DNA of 63,111 bases, the filler included, from Reticulomyxa filosa (Eukaryota; Protista; Foraminifera): the NCBI GenBank assembly GCA_000512085.1. It is 16 parts of 16 records of this genome, joined end to end, with 100 filler letters (N's around TTAATTAATTAA, not from the genome) between each part and the next. Parts side by side here need not be neighbours in the genome. Positions count along the whole stretch, not along the records: positions 5,943 to 20,642 come from ASPP01026664.1; positions 20,743 to 21,775 come from ASPP01027242.1; positions 21,876 to 23,024 come from ASPP01040394.1; positions 23,125 to 24,815 come from ASPP01003087.1; positions 24,916 to 27,868 come from ASPP01001111.1; positions 27,969 to 29,543 come from ASPP01024338.1; 10 more parts are not named here. One strand, written 5' to 3'. Within the stretch, counting starts at the first letter, position 1. Each line of letters opens with the position of its first letter. The position numbers and the translations under genes are program-made. The notes beneath the pieces are model-generated. The model saw nothing but the letters and a program-made list of their open reading frames with translations. It did no database searches and was not told the origin of the DNA. Positions 15,445 to 28,956 of this stretch are shown here, piece by piece.

Positions 15445-16024
15445 TACCCCCTTCTTGAAAAATCAAAGACGTTTTGGTATTACTGAAATTCTTTCCACAT
15501 AAGGCAAAAAAAAGAGTAGAATTAAGCTTAGGATTTGTTTCTGTCTGCTCACTGTTACGAGTGAATGCGCAACTGCACGGAACGATACTGGCTACATATT
15601 CAGACATGATAAAACCTTCAAAGTTGCAAGAAAGCCTAGCAACCATCGGACATGTATGTTACATAAAAGATGTTCTCGAGAAGCACCTGATCCCGGCTAT
15701 ATCTGCAATTCAAAACCTGAGCTTTTTTAAACTTCCTTGTATGTTCAACTTTTCCACTATGCTTCTTCGCGCATGCAAAAAAAAGCTTATACTTCGCGCA
15801 AATACGAAAGAAAAAAAGGGGCATAGGATCTGACCAAAAAAGAAACAAAATATAACTATAAATTGGTGAAAAAGTTGTTAATCCATTAAAACACCCAAAT
15901 GATTTTTGTGAGAATGTACAAGGCCATGGAATGGCCAACAAGCAAAATCAAAAAGATTGTGCGGCTACTCTACTACCAAAGTGATTACAAAAAGATTTTA
16001 TTTTTTATTTATTTACTTTTTTTT

Positions 16025-16969
16025 TTACAAAATGGTACAGCAACCACCAGCAGATTGTACATGAGGAGCTTCTTGTTTTTGCGGATCTGTGCTATGATTT
16101 TGTGCTTGCGAAGCGGATACGTTTTTGTCGTCCATTTTTTTATCTTGTTTGGTGGTATTGTTTGGCTGTTTGTCACCGCTTTTCGGTTTGTGTGCAGTAG
16201 TTGTATCATTAGTGTGTTTGCTCGCTGATTCATTCACGTGTTCGGATTTGGTCGATTTTGCGGAGGTAGTCTCGACAGTGGTGGCATTCTTTGGACTACT
16301 GCTGCCTTTGCTATTGTTATTGTTATTGTTGTCACTATTACCTTTGGCCTCATTGTTCGTTTCCTTCTCTTTTTCCTTTCCGGCGACAGGTCTTTCCTCA
16401 TTTGTTTGTGTGTCCACTTTCGCATGTGCATGGTTGTGGGCGAGCAACACTTCCACCTTTTCACTCGCCAACAGATCCTCTGCTGTCGTGCCTGCTGACG
16501 TCTGTGGCGGCTCATCATCACTGAAGTCGACAGGGGGTAACCCACCTACATCTTGCTTTGGGGTTGTTGCTGTTGTCGTCGCTTTTGGAGAGCTTGTTCC
16601 TTTAGACATGTTTGCAGCTAGAGTGCATTTTGAATACAACGTTGGAATGTCTTTCAATGGCTGGGGCTGTGACGTTGCATCGGGAGATGAACTTCGACTG
16701 TTCTTTGTCATCAACGGTGTCTCGTCGCTGATTTTTTTCGATGTGTACAAATCTTGGATTTCAGCCGCTGTAAACGGCCCTTCCGTTTTGTTCTCCGCGT
16801 TCACGTAGTAGTAACTCACACCTGCAGACCCTTGCGTGTTGTTGTCTGTCGTGCTCAGTTTCCCTGCATTTTGAGTAGAAAACCTCTTTTCCTTCTCCAC
16901 TAGGCGGATTAGACCTGTCAAACTCTTCACTTTGTGAATTTCTTCTTCGTCTTTTTGGTCTGTCATCAA
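16025..16969 (-). CDS. GYF_2-like domain protein with a C-terminal CaaX prenylation motif
   Basis: Intact 314-aa ORF. YYYVNAENKTEGPFTAAEIQDLYTSKKISDETPL fits the GYF-like W/Y-Y...GPF pattern, and the protein ends GGCCTIL-stop. Confidence 0.75.
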   Translation of the reverse strand: MMTDQKDEEEIHKVKSLTGLIRLVEKEKRFSTQNAGKLSTTDNNTQGSAGVSYYYVNAENKTEGPFTAAEIQDLYTSKKISDETPLMTKNSRSSSPDATSQPQPLKDIPTLYSKCTLAANMSKGTSSPKATTTATTPKQDVGGLPPVDFSDDEPPQTSAGTTAEDLLASEKVEVLLAHNHAHAKVDTQTNEERPVAGKEKEKETNNEAKGNSDNNNNNNSKGSSSPKNATTVETTSAKSTKSEHVNESASKHTNDTTTAHKPKSGDKQPNNTTKQDKKMDDKNVSASQAQNHSTDPQKQEAPHVQSAGGCCTIL

Positions 16970-17774
16970 AATCTTCTCTTCGAATTTTGATTACACAGTT
17001 TTCGAAAAAGTCTAACTACGCACAAAAACTCAAACAGGTGTCAATGGCAATTTGGAAACATTGTATCTTTAAAAAGTAAAAAAATTACACACAAATATTT
17101 TTAAACGCTGAAAAGAATACGGCAAAATTAATACAATTATTTACATTTATTTTTTATTTTTTGTAATTGCGTTTTTGATGCTTGCAACTTTTCATTAGTT
17201 GTTTGTGTTAAGAGGTTTAAAATTGTAATTAAAAAAAGGAAGTTAACGTCACTAGCAACGTTGTAAACATACCAAAAACAAATAAAATTTGCACAATGCT
17301 GCATCATCTTACTTCAATCTTACTTCGTTATATAATCTCTGTATTAAAGATATCACCATATTTCGTTGCAATAAAATATACTTTTAATAAACAATTTTGT
17401 TTTGTATTTTGATTCAGATGCACACAAAATTTACATTTTTGATTGTTTTAAGCAATCGATGTGTCTGATGGTTATTCGTTGAAAACTTATTACATCGCAA
17501 TGTTTAAATCAATCCAATTCTGAATCAATATGGTTTTAACCATTTGAATGGAAGCTTTAATCCAGAAGCGATACAGTTATTTCATAATAATGAAAAAATT
17601 ATGTAAAATTTAAATCTTCTTTGATGATCTTGAGAATAGGTTTAAACTCAAAGATTCTTGCAATTTTTTTTATACGTATCATAGGACAAAGAGATACAAG
17701 TTTAAAGCACGAGGCGTGCTGAACAACTGGAAAAGAGGGGAACTACTAATATAAAAAAAATAAATTGCTTTGTT

Positions 17775-18875
17775 ATGGTAACCAAATTTTCTAAGCATTT
17801 TTCCTTACCATATCGCTCATATTTTTTGAATTCATTACCAAGAAGACTTCTTACCTCCCAACCCAAGTATGATGCTCTTCAAATACAAGCAATGGAAGAG
17901 GACAAGTGTGTTTTGGTAGACACGAATGACAACATCATTGGATCCGCCACAAAAAAGCAATGTTAATCCTTTTAAATAAAACATTATTTTTCTTTCCGAA
18001 AAGCAAATAAACAAAGAAACTAAAAATGGTCGCAAAGGTCACAGCCGAGAAAAAGTATCAAAAAATGAAATGTTGCATCGGGCGTTCAGTGTGTTATTGT
18101 TTGACGAACAAAATCGATTATTATTGCAAAAAAGAAGTGCGCATAAAATTACATTTCCAAACTGTTGGACAAATACATGCTGTTCACATCCGCTCTATCA
18201 AAGCAGTCACTGTGAATTAACCGAAATGTCAAAGCTTGCAAAACACAGGCAACAGCAACAACAGACGAATAATGATGAATGGATATCATTACAATATAAA
18301 GTAGACGGAACAAAAAGAGCTGCAATTGATCGAATGGCCATTGAGTTGGGCATTTCCCCTGGGCAAATTCACTCTTCTCAATTGCACTTTTTGACAAGAG
18401 TTTTATATAAAGCTATTTTGGATGAACATTGGGCAGAATTTGAAAGTTACGTGTGTCTATTTGTTTTTTCTTGTCAAATTGCTTTATTCACCTTATTTTT
18501 TTCCCTTTTTTTAATGATCGAATGTGCTTGTCTTGTGCACCATTTTATCATTTTTCGTATTTTCGATTTATCTTCTCCAAAGTGGATTATATTCTAATTG
18601 CTCGCAAAAGGGTAAACTTTAACGCTAATCCAAATGAAGTTTCGGACATCCGATATTTCGACAAAGTGGAACTGAAAGAACTAATGAGACAAGCAAAAGT
18701 TCAAACGGATGTGAAATCACAAGCCTCTTCCGCTCAACAAAATACTTACTTGGTCTCACCATGGTTTAAAATACTGTACGATCATTTTTTGGAAGATTGG
18801 TGGCTTAAGTTGGATGATATCATTGCTGGAAAAGTTCCTGCTGATCCTCGTGTTCATAACTTTGTATCAATTTAA
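17775..18875 (+). CDS. IDI1: Isopentenyl-diphosphate delta-isomerase, type 1 (3 exons: ~17775-17961, 18038-18444, 18582-18875)
   Basis: MEEDKCVLVDTNDNIIGSATKKQCH, LHRAFSVLLF, LLLQKRSAHKITFPNCWTNTCCSHP, ELGI, FLTRVLYKA, WAEFE.DYIL, NPNEV and SPWF. Confidence 0.95.
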
Positions 18876-20986
18876 CTCAGCATTTTTTTGGTCTTTTTTA
18901 AATAGTTTTTCTCATTTGATTGGATACAGCCACGTTCTGCATTCATTTTACAAAACATTTGATAATTTATCATTTGCAACATGAATTTAAAATTATCAAA
19001 TTTAATTAACTTGCAATATGCATTAAATAATGTTCTTATTTTTAATCTAATTAAAAAAAGTATTTTTTAATTTGAATATGCATTTTTCTTGAAACTTTTT
19101 ATTTTCGATCAGTTTTCTGTTATTTTTTTGGTATTATTGTTTGTTAAGTCCAGTTTAAATCAACTTTTGGAATTCCACATCATATGTAACATAATGAAGA
19201 TAGTATTTTTTATTAATTTATTTGAGATTGATTGCTCTTCATTTAATTTTTTGAGCTTGGAACGGTTATCAGTATGCATTCAATTGTTGTTTGTGGTGAT
19301 GAAATTATCTTTGCTATATTACAATAAGTTCAAGGTCCAATCGAAAAGACCAGCCTAAAAATCAATAAGTAGCCACATTGACGTTCATCAAGTTTGGAAT
19401 TAGCAATGACAAGTCTTGTTTTCATATGACAAGCATTAATCTATTTTTTTAAACAAATCTTAAATCAAGCAAAAAAAACAAAAACAATATCCTTTTGATT
19501 AATAAGGACTTGAAGTGACAGATTAACTCACGGCCACAAGTTTTGTCCTTTTTGATAGAGTAGTACATTGAATCTGTCGATAAGGCTGGGTCAATTTATT
19601 TTTAATCACTTGCGTAAATAGAAGTCCACAATGACACCATCTACGAACATCCCACATTGAATTGAATTTTGAACTGTTTTTGGTTGTTGGTGTAAAACAA
19701 GAATAACAAGGGGACAATGACGACTATTTTGACACACTAACTCAGATTTTTCATTTGAATTAATTTTTAATTTGTAATTAAAGTTTGAAAAATTTTAACT
19801 ATATGTTATATACAATTTAGCTTTTCTAACACATTATATTCTTTTTGGCATTGACATGATCAAATTTTCACAAATGTATTTTTACACTATATTTCGAATT
19901 GATTCTAAAGTAGTTCAGTATTCTTGATTTCACGATCAACCGAAGGTTTTCTATGGAAAGTCTACGCATATATTTCTTTTTTGTAAACATTTAGTAATTT
20001 TTTTCGATTTATGCAAGTTTTTTTTTTAAATGGGTTGCAGTGGGGGCGTGTCAAGTGTTGGACTACTCTATAGCTTTATCATCAACTCGCAATGCTTTTT
20101 GCACTCTCTTCATGCATAAACTCAAGTTTTTCTAGTTAAAAGAGCACCTCGTTCTAAGAAATAGAACACAGTACTCAAAAAAGAAACACAAAAATAAAAG
20201 AAAGACACACAAAATCTTACAACGACCAAAAAGGTCAATGCAAAAAATAATCAAAAGAAAAACAATAAAGTTATTTCAATTTAAATTGAAATTTACTTGA
20301 GAAAATTTGACAATGATTCAAATTCTTCTCTTGGTATCGACTACGAACTTGGCTGCTTTTACAACTTTGATCATGACATCTAGTTTCCACGATTGATCAT
20401 CAATAATGAATTATTTCATTAACATTTGGGATTGCATGGGAATCTGGTTCAGCTATCGGCACTCCAGCCTCAGCCGCATGGATACATCCACGAGATAATG
20501 CTGACAATTTACCAGTCAATGAGATATAATTCAGAGATGTCTTTGGTCTCGATTCATTCCATAATCTTGTATGCCAATACAAGATTATGATCGTTGAATC
20601 GACCTGATCATCTGATACACTTATTGTATAGCTTCACTTCTTNNNNNNNNNNNNNNNNNNNNNNNNNNNNNNNNNNNNNNNNNNNNTTAATTAATTAANN
20701 NNNNNNNNNNNNNNNNNNNNNNNNNNNNNNNNNNNNNNNNNNTGTGTGAGAAAATATTTGACAAATTGGAAAAGCATTTTTTAAAAACGGTACTAAATTT
20801 GTATTCTTCAGAGTATATCTTTGCTTGTCTGATTGTTGTCCTTCAATAGCTTGGGCCTTATTTTTTGCAAAAAATGAAACAATTGTACAATTAGTTCCAA
20901 TATTGATGGAAAACTACATCCTAGAGGCATTCAGACTTATTCAATTTCTTTTGATTTTGAAAATTCATTATATCTAAAAATAAAGT

Positions 20987-21082
20987 ATAATTCTTTTGTT
21001 ATCTGTATTGTCTTGCTAATGCTTTCTATAATGGTACTAATACTTTTTCACGAGCTTACTTTCAAAGCTAAAAAAAAAAGAA
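20987..21082 (+). repeat. Dispersed ~95-bp repeat ending in an A-run, copy 1
   Basis: Closely similar to 31869-31964 on another contig (ataattcttttgt.atctgtattgtcttg.taatgctttcta.aatggtactaatacttttt...aaagctaaaaaaaaaagaa). Confidence 0.85.
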
Positions 21083-21115
21083 TTTACGGGGGAGAATAAA
21101 AACTTTGAATCGAAC

Positions 21116-21741
21116 ATGTCGGAATTTTTGTATGGAATTGGTTCCAGTGAGCTACCTCATTGGATCGTAGATCTGCAAGAACAGCTTGTGGAGCGTGACG
21201 ATCATGAAAAAAATCCATTTGTAGAAATAGCAAGTCATTACCATTCAATTTTAGAAGAAAACCTACAACTGAACATCCGTGTGAATGAATTATCACAGGC
21301 GTTAGTAAAAACAAAGCAAGAGCAATGGTATTCAGTTTTCTCGGCAGTTTAAACATGAGAGGCAAAGAGCAGAGGAAAGAAAAACGAATGCAAGAGCATG
21401 TTGACAAACAAGAGGATTTTTTTTTTTTTTTTTGGGGGGGGGTGGGGAGGAAAGGCATAAACGATCCCTGTTTGAGACAAATGACGGCAAAAGCAACGAG
21501 GGGACAGGAGGGACAAGTGGTGGCAAAGTGTCATTTGAGGAGCACAAAGAGCAAGTAGAAGCATTGAAAAAAGAATTAATGGATGTGTACAGATTGAAAC
21601 GCGAGGACGAAGAAGCACTTTCTCGACTGAAGAAACAATCTGCCGAGAGTGAGCAACTGCTAATGAACAAGCGAGAAATGTTGGATCAAATGTCAAAGCA
21701 GCATCAGCAGTTGATGAACGATTACAAGATTGCCCAAATCG
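21116..21741 (+). CDS. ATG16: Autophagy protein ATG16-like N-terminal region (exons ~21116-21328 and 21455-21741, truncated by contig end)
   Basis: ATG5-interacting pattern W-x3-L-x3-L-x2-R (WIVDLQEQLVERDDHEKNPFVEIASHY), followed by a coiled coil with LKKELMDVYRLK. Confidence 0.7.
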
Positions 21742-24700
21742 GTATGTAATAAAAAAAAAAGGGGGTTCGCCTAAGNNNNNNNNNNNNNNNNNNNNNNNNN
21801 NNNNNNNNNNNNNNNNNNNTTAATTAATTAANNNNNNNNNNNNNNNNNNNNNNNNNNNNNNNNNNNNNNNNNNNNTCAAAAACTTGAACAACTTGGCTTA
21901 GTTCAACCTCAGTTCCCAGGCCGTGAAAAAGACAAAAAGCCTGTAACAGTGGTTTCAAGTAAAAATTGCTCTGATGTATTCATGATCCAATCAAAACCTA
22001 CTTCGGTATTCACTTCAGACAATGATAAACAAACGCAAATTAAATATAATCATAGTTCCTTAGACTTGCATCATATTGTATTAAGACTACTAACATTAGC
22101 AAAGCGAACAATCATCACATGTGAGTACAACAATAACAAAAAAAAATAAAATATATTTTTATTATCATGACTACACAAACTTGAAAGCATCAAGAATATC
22201 TATTATTTAAAACAAAGACCAATGAAGTTTGTCTTTGATTCGTACAAGTCACGAAGAGCAAAATATTTCAAAAATTACTCAACAAATTCGGGAACAATAG
22301 ACATTTGGACATTGAATTCCTAAAGAAATAAGCGTTGGAAAGCGATATCAAAAAAATATTACTTTTTTTTGGCAAAAATAAATTGTTTCGATGATCAGGA
22401 ATGATAGTAATATTAAACAAATAAAAGAAGTAACACGGTCAATAGAAAAAGTTACTCTATTAAACTTTCACCAATTCCCCCACAATCCACCTATATTGAA
22501 AGCAAAAAAAAAATACTTCAAAAGAAAAGAGGTCTGTTCATGCAATAATCAATTTTTAATCATCACAATCATTTTACTGAAAATGTTATGGACATAGAAC
22601 TACTACAAATAAATAATCCAATTATAGAATTATACAAAAAGTCTATACCACAAATTTTAAATCCATCACAACTTCTGGATTTGTCACATCTTCCGAAATT
22701 GAAAAATTTGATTTATTATTATTTTTTAATGCCACAATGTTAGTCACTCTATATAAAAATAAAAATCCTTTTTTATCTTGATCTTTTTTAGTGACATGGC
22801 AAAAGAAGACGCTGTTTTATTTCTCAATTTTGATCACGTAAATATATTGCAATGGCTGTTAACATGGAAAAGAGCAGTTAGCAGAGCTCGTAGTGTTAAG
22901 GTTATGGACAGCTTTTTGGACTAATATTTTCTAATATTTCCCGGTTCAACATTTCAACTTAATGTAATAGGCCTGACTTGGTCTTAATTATTTCTAAGAA
23001 TTTTTTTTTACTGACAAGAGCTGCNNNNNNNNNNNNNNNNNNNNNNNNNNNNNNNNNNNNNNNNNNNNTTAATTAATTAANNNNNNNNNNNNNNNNNNNN
23101 NNNNNNNNNNNNNNNNNNNNNNNNTTGTGCACTTTAAATTCCTTCTAATTTTCTGCTGTCAACTTTTTTTTTTTGTGGTAATGATATGTGTGATTGTATA
23201 AATATGTTTGTACATGTATACACAAAATAAACAAAAAAGTTAACCTCATCTCCTTTTTTTTTAGCTTTACATATGTCGCAACACGAATAATCTTGGACTT
23301 GATTGGTGTTGGTATACTTGCCATTGGGTAACTTCGTCATTTGGCCCTATGTTGTGATCGTGGTCGTATGAATTGGAGTTCATAACAGACCCTGCGACGG
23401 ACTTGGACATTGATTGTTCATATATACATGTGTGTTTGTCCACATCGAATTGAAGCCCATGGAATTACTTGTGTTCATCCCACTCGCGTTTTGTTTATTC
23501 GCATTGTCTTTCATTAACTTGTGTTGTTCGTCTACAAGTTTTGACCAACGTACGGTCAACATTTCTTTTCTTTTTTTTTTTTTGAAAACAAGTAACTTTG
23601 AGAATGTAGTAACAGGATGATTATGTATGACATAATTGTAGTCAAAGGACGGGCTTGACATCACTGCATTTTCTTTTTTATTAATGCACCCAAGTTTTTT
23701 TATTATTTTAATTGTCTTTTTGGAAACAAGCAATCATCTAAATTTTCAAATATTTTCTTTGTTTTTTCTTATTAACTAGTTAATTTCATTTTCAAGAGCA
23801 TACAACGTATGTTGCTTCAACAGATCATAATGTAATTTTTTTGAAAAGAGATTTTTTAAAACAGATAAATATTTATGGCACCACCTTCTTTTGGTTATGT
23901 GATGGTATAGTAAAAAAATTGAAAATTTTTTTATTTTTGTTGTTGCATGGTTAGCATTGTGATGGATTAGTAAAATCACAAATCATTGATCTCCTTTGCG
24001 ATGTTTGTCGATTTATAAATATTTTATAATATCTTCCTACGACAAATAGTCCCCTTTTTTGACAGACAACGACTCATATGTCATTATCACTGCGACAAGA
24101 TTGAGAACCAGACAAAATAGTATTTGAACATGCTTGAAATTTGTGAATATGTCGAACAATTAAACCAGATTACAAGCTGTTTTCCTAATCAAACGACTGT
24201 TATTTTATCCTTTAAAACCATAAATAATGATTATTCGATTTAGCTTGTTTTAGATAAATATGCTGTTTTTGCGAATTTTCGTTCTCCGCTGTTATCAAAT
24301 GGCCTTTTTTTCAACAAAATATCGTTAGGCCTTCGTGGGAAGAGACTTTTGTTAACTTTTTCTGGCTAGTCAAAGCTCTTATTAAGTAGTCAATTTTTTT
24401 TCATTTAGTAAAAATTCTACCATAGTTTCTTCTCATGTATGCGTGCATTACCATTTGCATTTTTTTTTCACTGATGATACGACAAAAAGTCATCAACAGC
24501 ACGCATCTTCATTCTTTATTTATTTCAATTTATCTTTTTTTAAATTAAATTTGAGGTAATGCTTCATTTGATAAATTTTTAAAAAATCGGATGATTGCAA
24601 AAAAAAAATTCTGTTCGAAACAGCGTAACCTATTTGTTTTTATTAACCTGTGAAAAATAATTTATGACAAAAAATTATTTGTTACTTTGACTCAATCATA

Positions 24701-25989
24701 AGTATTCTAACCAAAGAAAAAAACAACTGAATGAAAATAATAACTTAAATGAACTGCACCCGCGTTTCCGCAAAAAAAAAAAATATTTAAAAACATATGA
24801 CTAAGGATACGAGCTNNNNNNNNNNNNNNNNNNNNNNNNNNNNNNNNNNNNNNNNNNNNTTAATTAATTAANNNNNNNNNNNNNNNNNNNNNNNNNNNNN
24901 NNNNNNNNNNNNNNNCATTTAGGTATGGCAGTTTTTTTTGCAATTTACTGCACAAATATTCATTCAACAATTATATTAATACACTTGCAATTTATTTCGA
25001 AAAATTCAAATCTTATTAAATAACGTAACAAATAATTATCAGTTAAATGTTATTTACCGCAATTTTATTCAACAATAACGCTATTTCGTTTCTGAATATA
25101 AAAATGTAATATATGAGATTCAAAAAATAGTTTACTTTTGATATAATTGTGAATATTCCAATCTAAATATTTTTTGAAAATAACATAAAATAAAAAAGTT
25201 CAAATGAAACTATTATCATAATTTGTAAATGTTAATAGTAAAAATTATATATTTATATTCAAATCATTTAGAAATTTTTTTAAATAATTTCAATTGAAAA
25301 TCATAACAGTTCGCTATTTAATTTTGATAATCGAAAGGTGTATAAGTATTCAAAAAGGATTTTTTCAAATTCAATTTATTATTTCCTCAAACAAATGAAA
25401 TCATTTTTTTTCTTTAGCTATGAAACAGCAAAAAATCTTAGTTATGTTTGTATTTTTTAAAATTGGATCGATATAGCAACATATCAGATACTCCAAATGT
25501 GGTATTTCAACAGAATCCGTTTTGGAGTTACAAATAAAGTTAAAATGTTTACATTTTCAAAAAAATCAATTGTAAATTTAACCATGTGTTGTGTTTGTTC
25601 ACAACTACACTTTTCATTCTGGGACTTGACCTTCTGGCAATTTGTTATTGTTGCAGTTTCCTCGCTGTGTGTTCATTTACCTGTTTTATTATCTAGAGTG
25701 TGAGATATCAGATCACAAGACAAACTGAGGTTTATCTTCAGAACGTTGAAAATTCAACAAATTTGCGAAACTGATGGCGATCGGAATTATAACTTTATCA
25801 TTTGCTTGCTTTTCTTTATTTACCTGAATTAAGTCTTGTAAACCCAATCGTGGAATCACTACAAAAAAAATCTAATGATCTTTCTGTTCTACAAGTTAAT
25901 TTTTTAATGTGCGAGTTATACTGATGTCAATTTGCCACGAAATATTTGCAAGCAAGATTCAATGGAAAAAAATAAATTACACAATAACA

Positions 25990-26761
25990 TGCAATTCCGT
26001 CACTGAGTTATGATGCCATTTCAATTTGTATTTCCACTCCAAATTTTACATCCCATAACCGAATTGTTCTATCACGTAAACATATTGCAATAGTATTTTC
26101 ATCTGATAAAAATGTTGCACCTTTCACTCCAATCATTCTGCACAATATTTGTAGTTCTTGTCCAGATGTTACATTTCATATTCCAACTGTGTTATCATGT
26201 GATGCAGATACAATAATTCTTCCATTAGGTGAAAACTGTGCACTTGTTACGAGTTGATGTCCTTCCAATGTTTTTACATCCCACAATCGGATAATTTTAT
26301 CTTCTGAACACGATACAAGCATAATCCCACCTGGCGAAAATTGTGCATTATTAACATATTTTGTATCTTTTTAATACTTGTATTTTATCTCCTGATTCAA
26401 TGTTACATATTATGATTATAGTATCACTTGAACACAAAACAATTTTAGTTCTGTCACCAAAAGACAACAAAGTTATTTCATTTGAGTCTTTGTTGTCATT
26501 TTTATCGTTATTTACCATTTTCACAACGCAATGTCCTTCTAAGTCAATATCATCCGGATAAGAACATATTAACTTGTTTTCATGTTTAATGATGTGATAT
26601 GAATAACAATTCCTTTGTTGATAGCCACCATAGATGAGGATTTCGTCTTTGTATGTGATACATTGAGCGTCTAAGAATGGAATTGGCAAAGAAGCCAAAG
26701 TTTCAAATGGTGTTCCGACGAAGTTGAAAGTTTCATCCACTTTCATGTCAGATTGATCCAT
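25990..26761 (-). pseudogene. Decayed Kelch-type/WD40 propeller gene
   Basis: The Kelch-family start (TPFETLASLPIPFLDAQCITYKDEILIYGG..CYSYH..GHCVVK..ITLLSFG) runs straight into WD40 repeats (AQFSPGG..LVSCSEDKIIRLWDVK, LEGH..SAQFSPNG..SASHDNT, DRTIRLWDVK). There are frameshifts and stops. Confidence 0.8.
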
Positions 26762-27666
26762 TTGATATAACTTAAAAGAGCTTTGCTTTGAGCTGCTTTG
26801 GTAACAACAAGTATAATATAGGTGATTGCAATGATTATTTTTTGAAATTTTTTTTAAATTAAAGGATACTTAAAAGAAACGTACATGTTAAATATTTTTA
26901 TTACTTATTAGGTTGCAAAAAAACTGAAACTTAAAATAGCACTTTAGGAGTCAATCTTCTCCATAAAAACAACGCTTAAACATAGATATTATGATAAATT
27001 CAAAACAAACAAAAACGTATAAACAAATTTGTTTTCATGAATTAAAATTGTTTTGTGTTTTAAAATCATAATTTTTGTTGCAATCTCTTCAAATTGCATT
27101 TGTCACGTAATTTTTTATCATACTATAATGATAAAATTTATTTTTTGTCTTTTAGTAGCTCTTGATTTATTACTACAGTATCTTTCTTGCTATAAAACAA
27201 GCACAATGACAAATAAAGTTACTAATGGATATGACAGCATTCAAAACGAGAATGTATACATGAGTTTATTATTTTTTTGAAAAAATAAGTGTTTGAGCAA
27301 ACAAATGAGCTGTGTGTCAAAGCGTAAACAACGAGGTAACCCTTGCTGGAAGTAACTGGTGAATATTTCAATCAACAATTAAACTATATTCGCGAATCAC
27401 GTGGGAATGACAGCAAATCAAACCAGTTCAATTGCCAATTATGCTGGTATCCTTATCTTTTGCTTCTATTTGTTTGATTGTTACTTGCTATTCGAAAAAG
27501 TGGTCACTCACTCTTTCAAAAGGTTGGAACTCTAATATCAGACGATCTGCATTTGTCGGATTTCAACCCACAAGCAACAAAAACTATTCTTTTTGCACAC
27601 AAGTGTATGTAAAGTGAGTCATGGGTGGGGTGATGGGAGGGGGGGAAAAAGAAAAATGTAAATTAG

Positions 27667-27786
27667 TGGATACGCAATTTTGGAAATGTGGTAAATGTCA
27701 ACTATTGAACTTTGTGAGTGACAACGAGTGTCACGCGTGTTATGGACTTAAAGATGAAGCCTCAGACACATTCATTACAATTTCAA
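27667..27786 (+). CDS. Exon encoding a RanBP2-type zinc finger (fragment of a truncated or decayed gene starting near 27305)
   Basis: Translates as DTQFWKCGKCQLLNFVSDNECHACYGLK, which matches W-x-C-x2-C-x3-N-x6-C-x2-C. It is flanked by AG and GT. Confidence 0.7.
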
Positions 27787-27989
27787 GTTGAGTTTACAAA
27801 AAATTAAAATTGCACTAATATTGCATTTAATGTAACTACATACCAATTTTTTTTTTTTTTTGGGTTTTNNNNNNNNNNNNNNNNNNNNNNNNNNNNNNNN
27901 NNNNNNNNNNNNTTAATTAATTAANNNNNNNNNNNNNNNNNNNNNNNNNNNNNNNNNNNNNNNNNNNNTAACAGTAATATTCGACAATT

Positions 27990-28740
27990 ATTCGGCGACC
28001 AATAGAAAGACAGACGCTTGGAAGACCCAATGGACGAGATATTAGTGCACGTTCGAGCGAAGACCTTAGCAAATCTGCTGTCACCAAATCGAAATTAGAT
28101 TATCGACTTTGACGAAAGATGGATCTGTTCTCTTTATTACAAATTGAGACATTATTCATACAGTAACCGCAATGCATTGCGCAATTGGAAACTGGAAGAT
28201 GTCAAGAGCATTGCGCATGCGCTGTTGACATCAGCAGTCACCGAAGATATTGACAATAACAGTAAGTGTGATGTGTTGATCGAGCATAAGAATGACAAGT
28301 CATTGAAAAAAGCCATACAGATCAATCAACGGAAAATCCACGACGATGTATCGCAGAAATTCTATAACAAAATCAGAATCTTATCACCGGAATAAATTCA
28401 ATTGACAATTTGCTTTGGTATTGACTGGTTTCGAAATCTATTACACTTTGGAATTGCATCAAACAACATCACCAATGTGCAATTGACTAATCGATTTGCA
28501 ATTGTCGAAGTAAGCACGTAACTGAAAAAGTAGCTCAAGCATTGATGCCAATTAGCAATACGACAGTAAAAGCGCAAAGCTGATTTGAACAGCATGAAAA
28601 TGACAATATGACTTTGCTGAGACAAATCATTGCTTACAGTGAAGATAATCTAAGCGGGGCTGCTATAGACATTTCGCAAATATAACCTTTGACGATGTCA
28701 AGCAAAGTCTGGAGTTATATGGAAATTGTTTGAAATTCAC
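27990..28740 (+). pseudogene. Degenerate coding-like sequence with an RNP1-like motif, possibly a retroelement ORF1 remnant
   Basis: ORF 28144-28395 continues in frame through stops to ...NITNVQLTNRFAIVEVST. It has no obvious introns and higher GC than its flanks. The family assignment is a guess. Confidence 0.3.
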
Positions 28741-28956
28741 GAACTATTTTATGTCCACAAATTGTGTATGTTTGTATTCAAGTACAAATATATATTTATA
28801 ATATTGCATCAATTTATTTATTATCTTTTCAGCAATCGCTAAGCGATTAAGAAGGTGGAAATGAATATAACATGTAAAAGACGTGGATTTTACACGTGAT
28901 GAAATGAGATTGTAATTGCAAATAAATTTAATATCTCAACAAAATCTACTAATAAA

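Noticed and set aside
16025-18875. Divergent pairing of a CaaX protein and IPP isomerase as a prenylation cluster
   Set aside because: A single adjacency in a gene-dense eukaryotic contig, with no evidence of co-regulation.
20300-20642. Possible 3' end of a non-LTR retrotransposon on the minus strand
   Set aside because: The fragment is short and stop-ridden, with no reverse transcriptase, RNase H or endonuclease motif I can support.
23134-23733. Minus-strand ORF fragments of a possible gene
   Set aside because: Low complexity, in-frame stops and no domain, so too weak to annotate.
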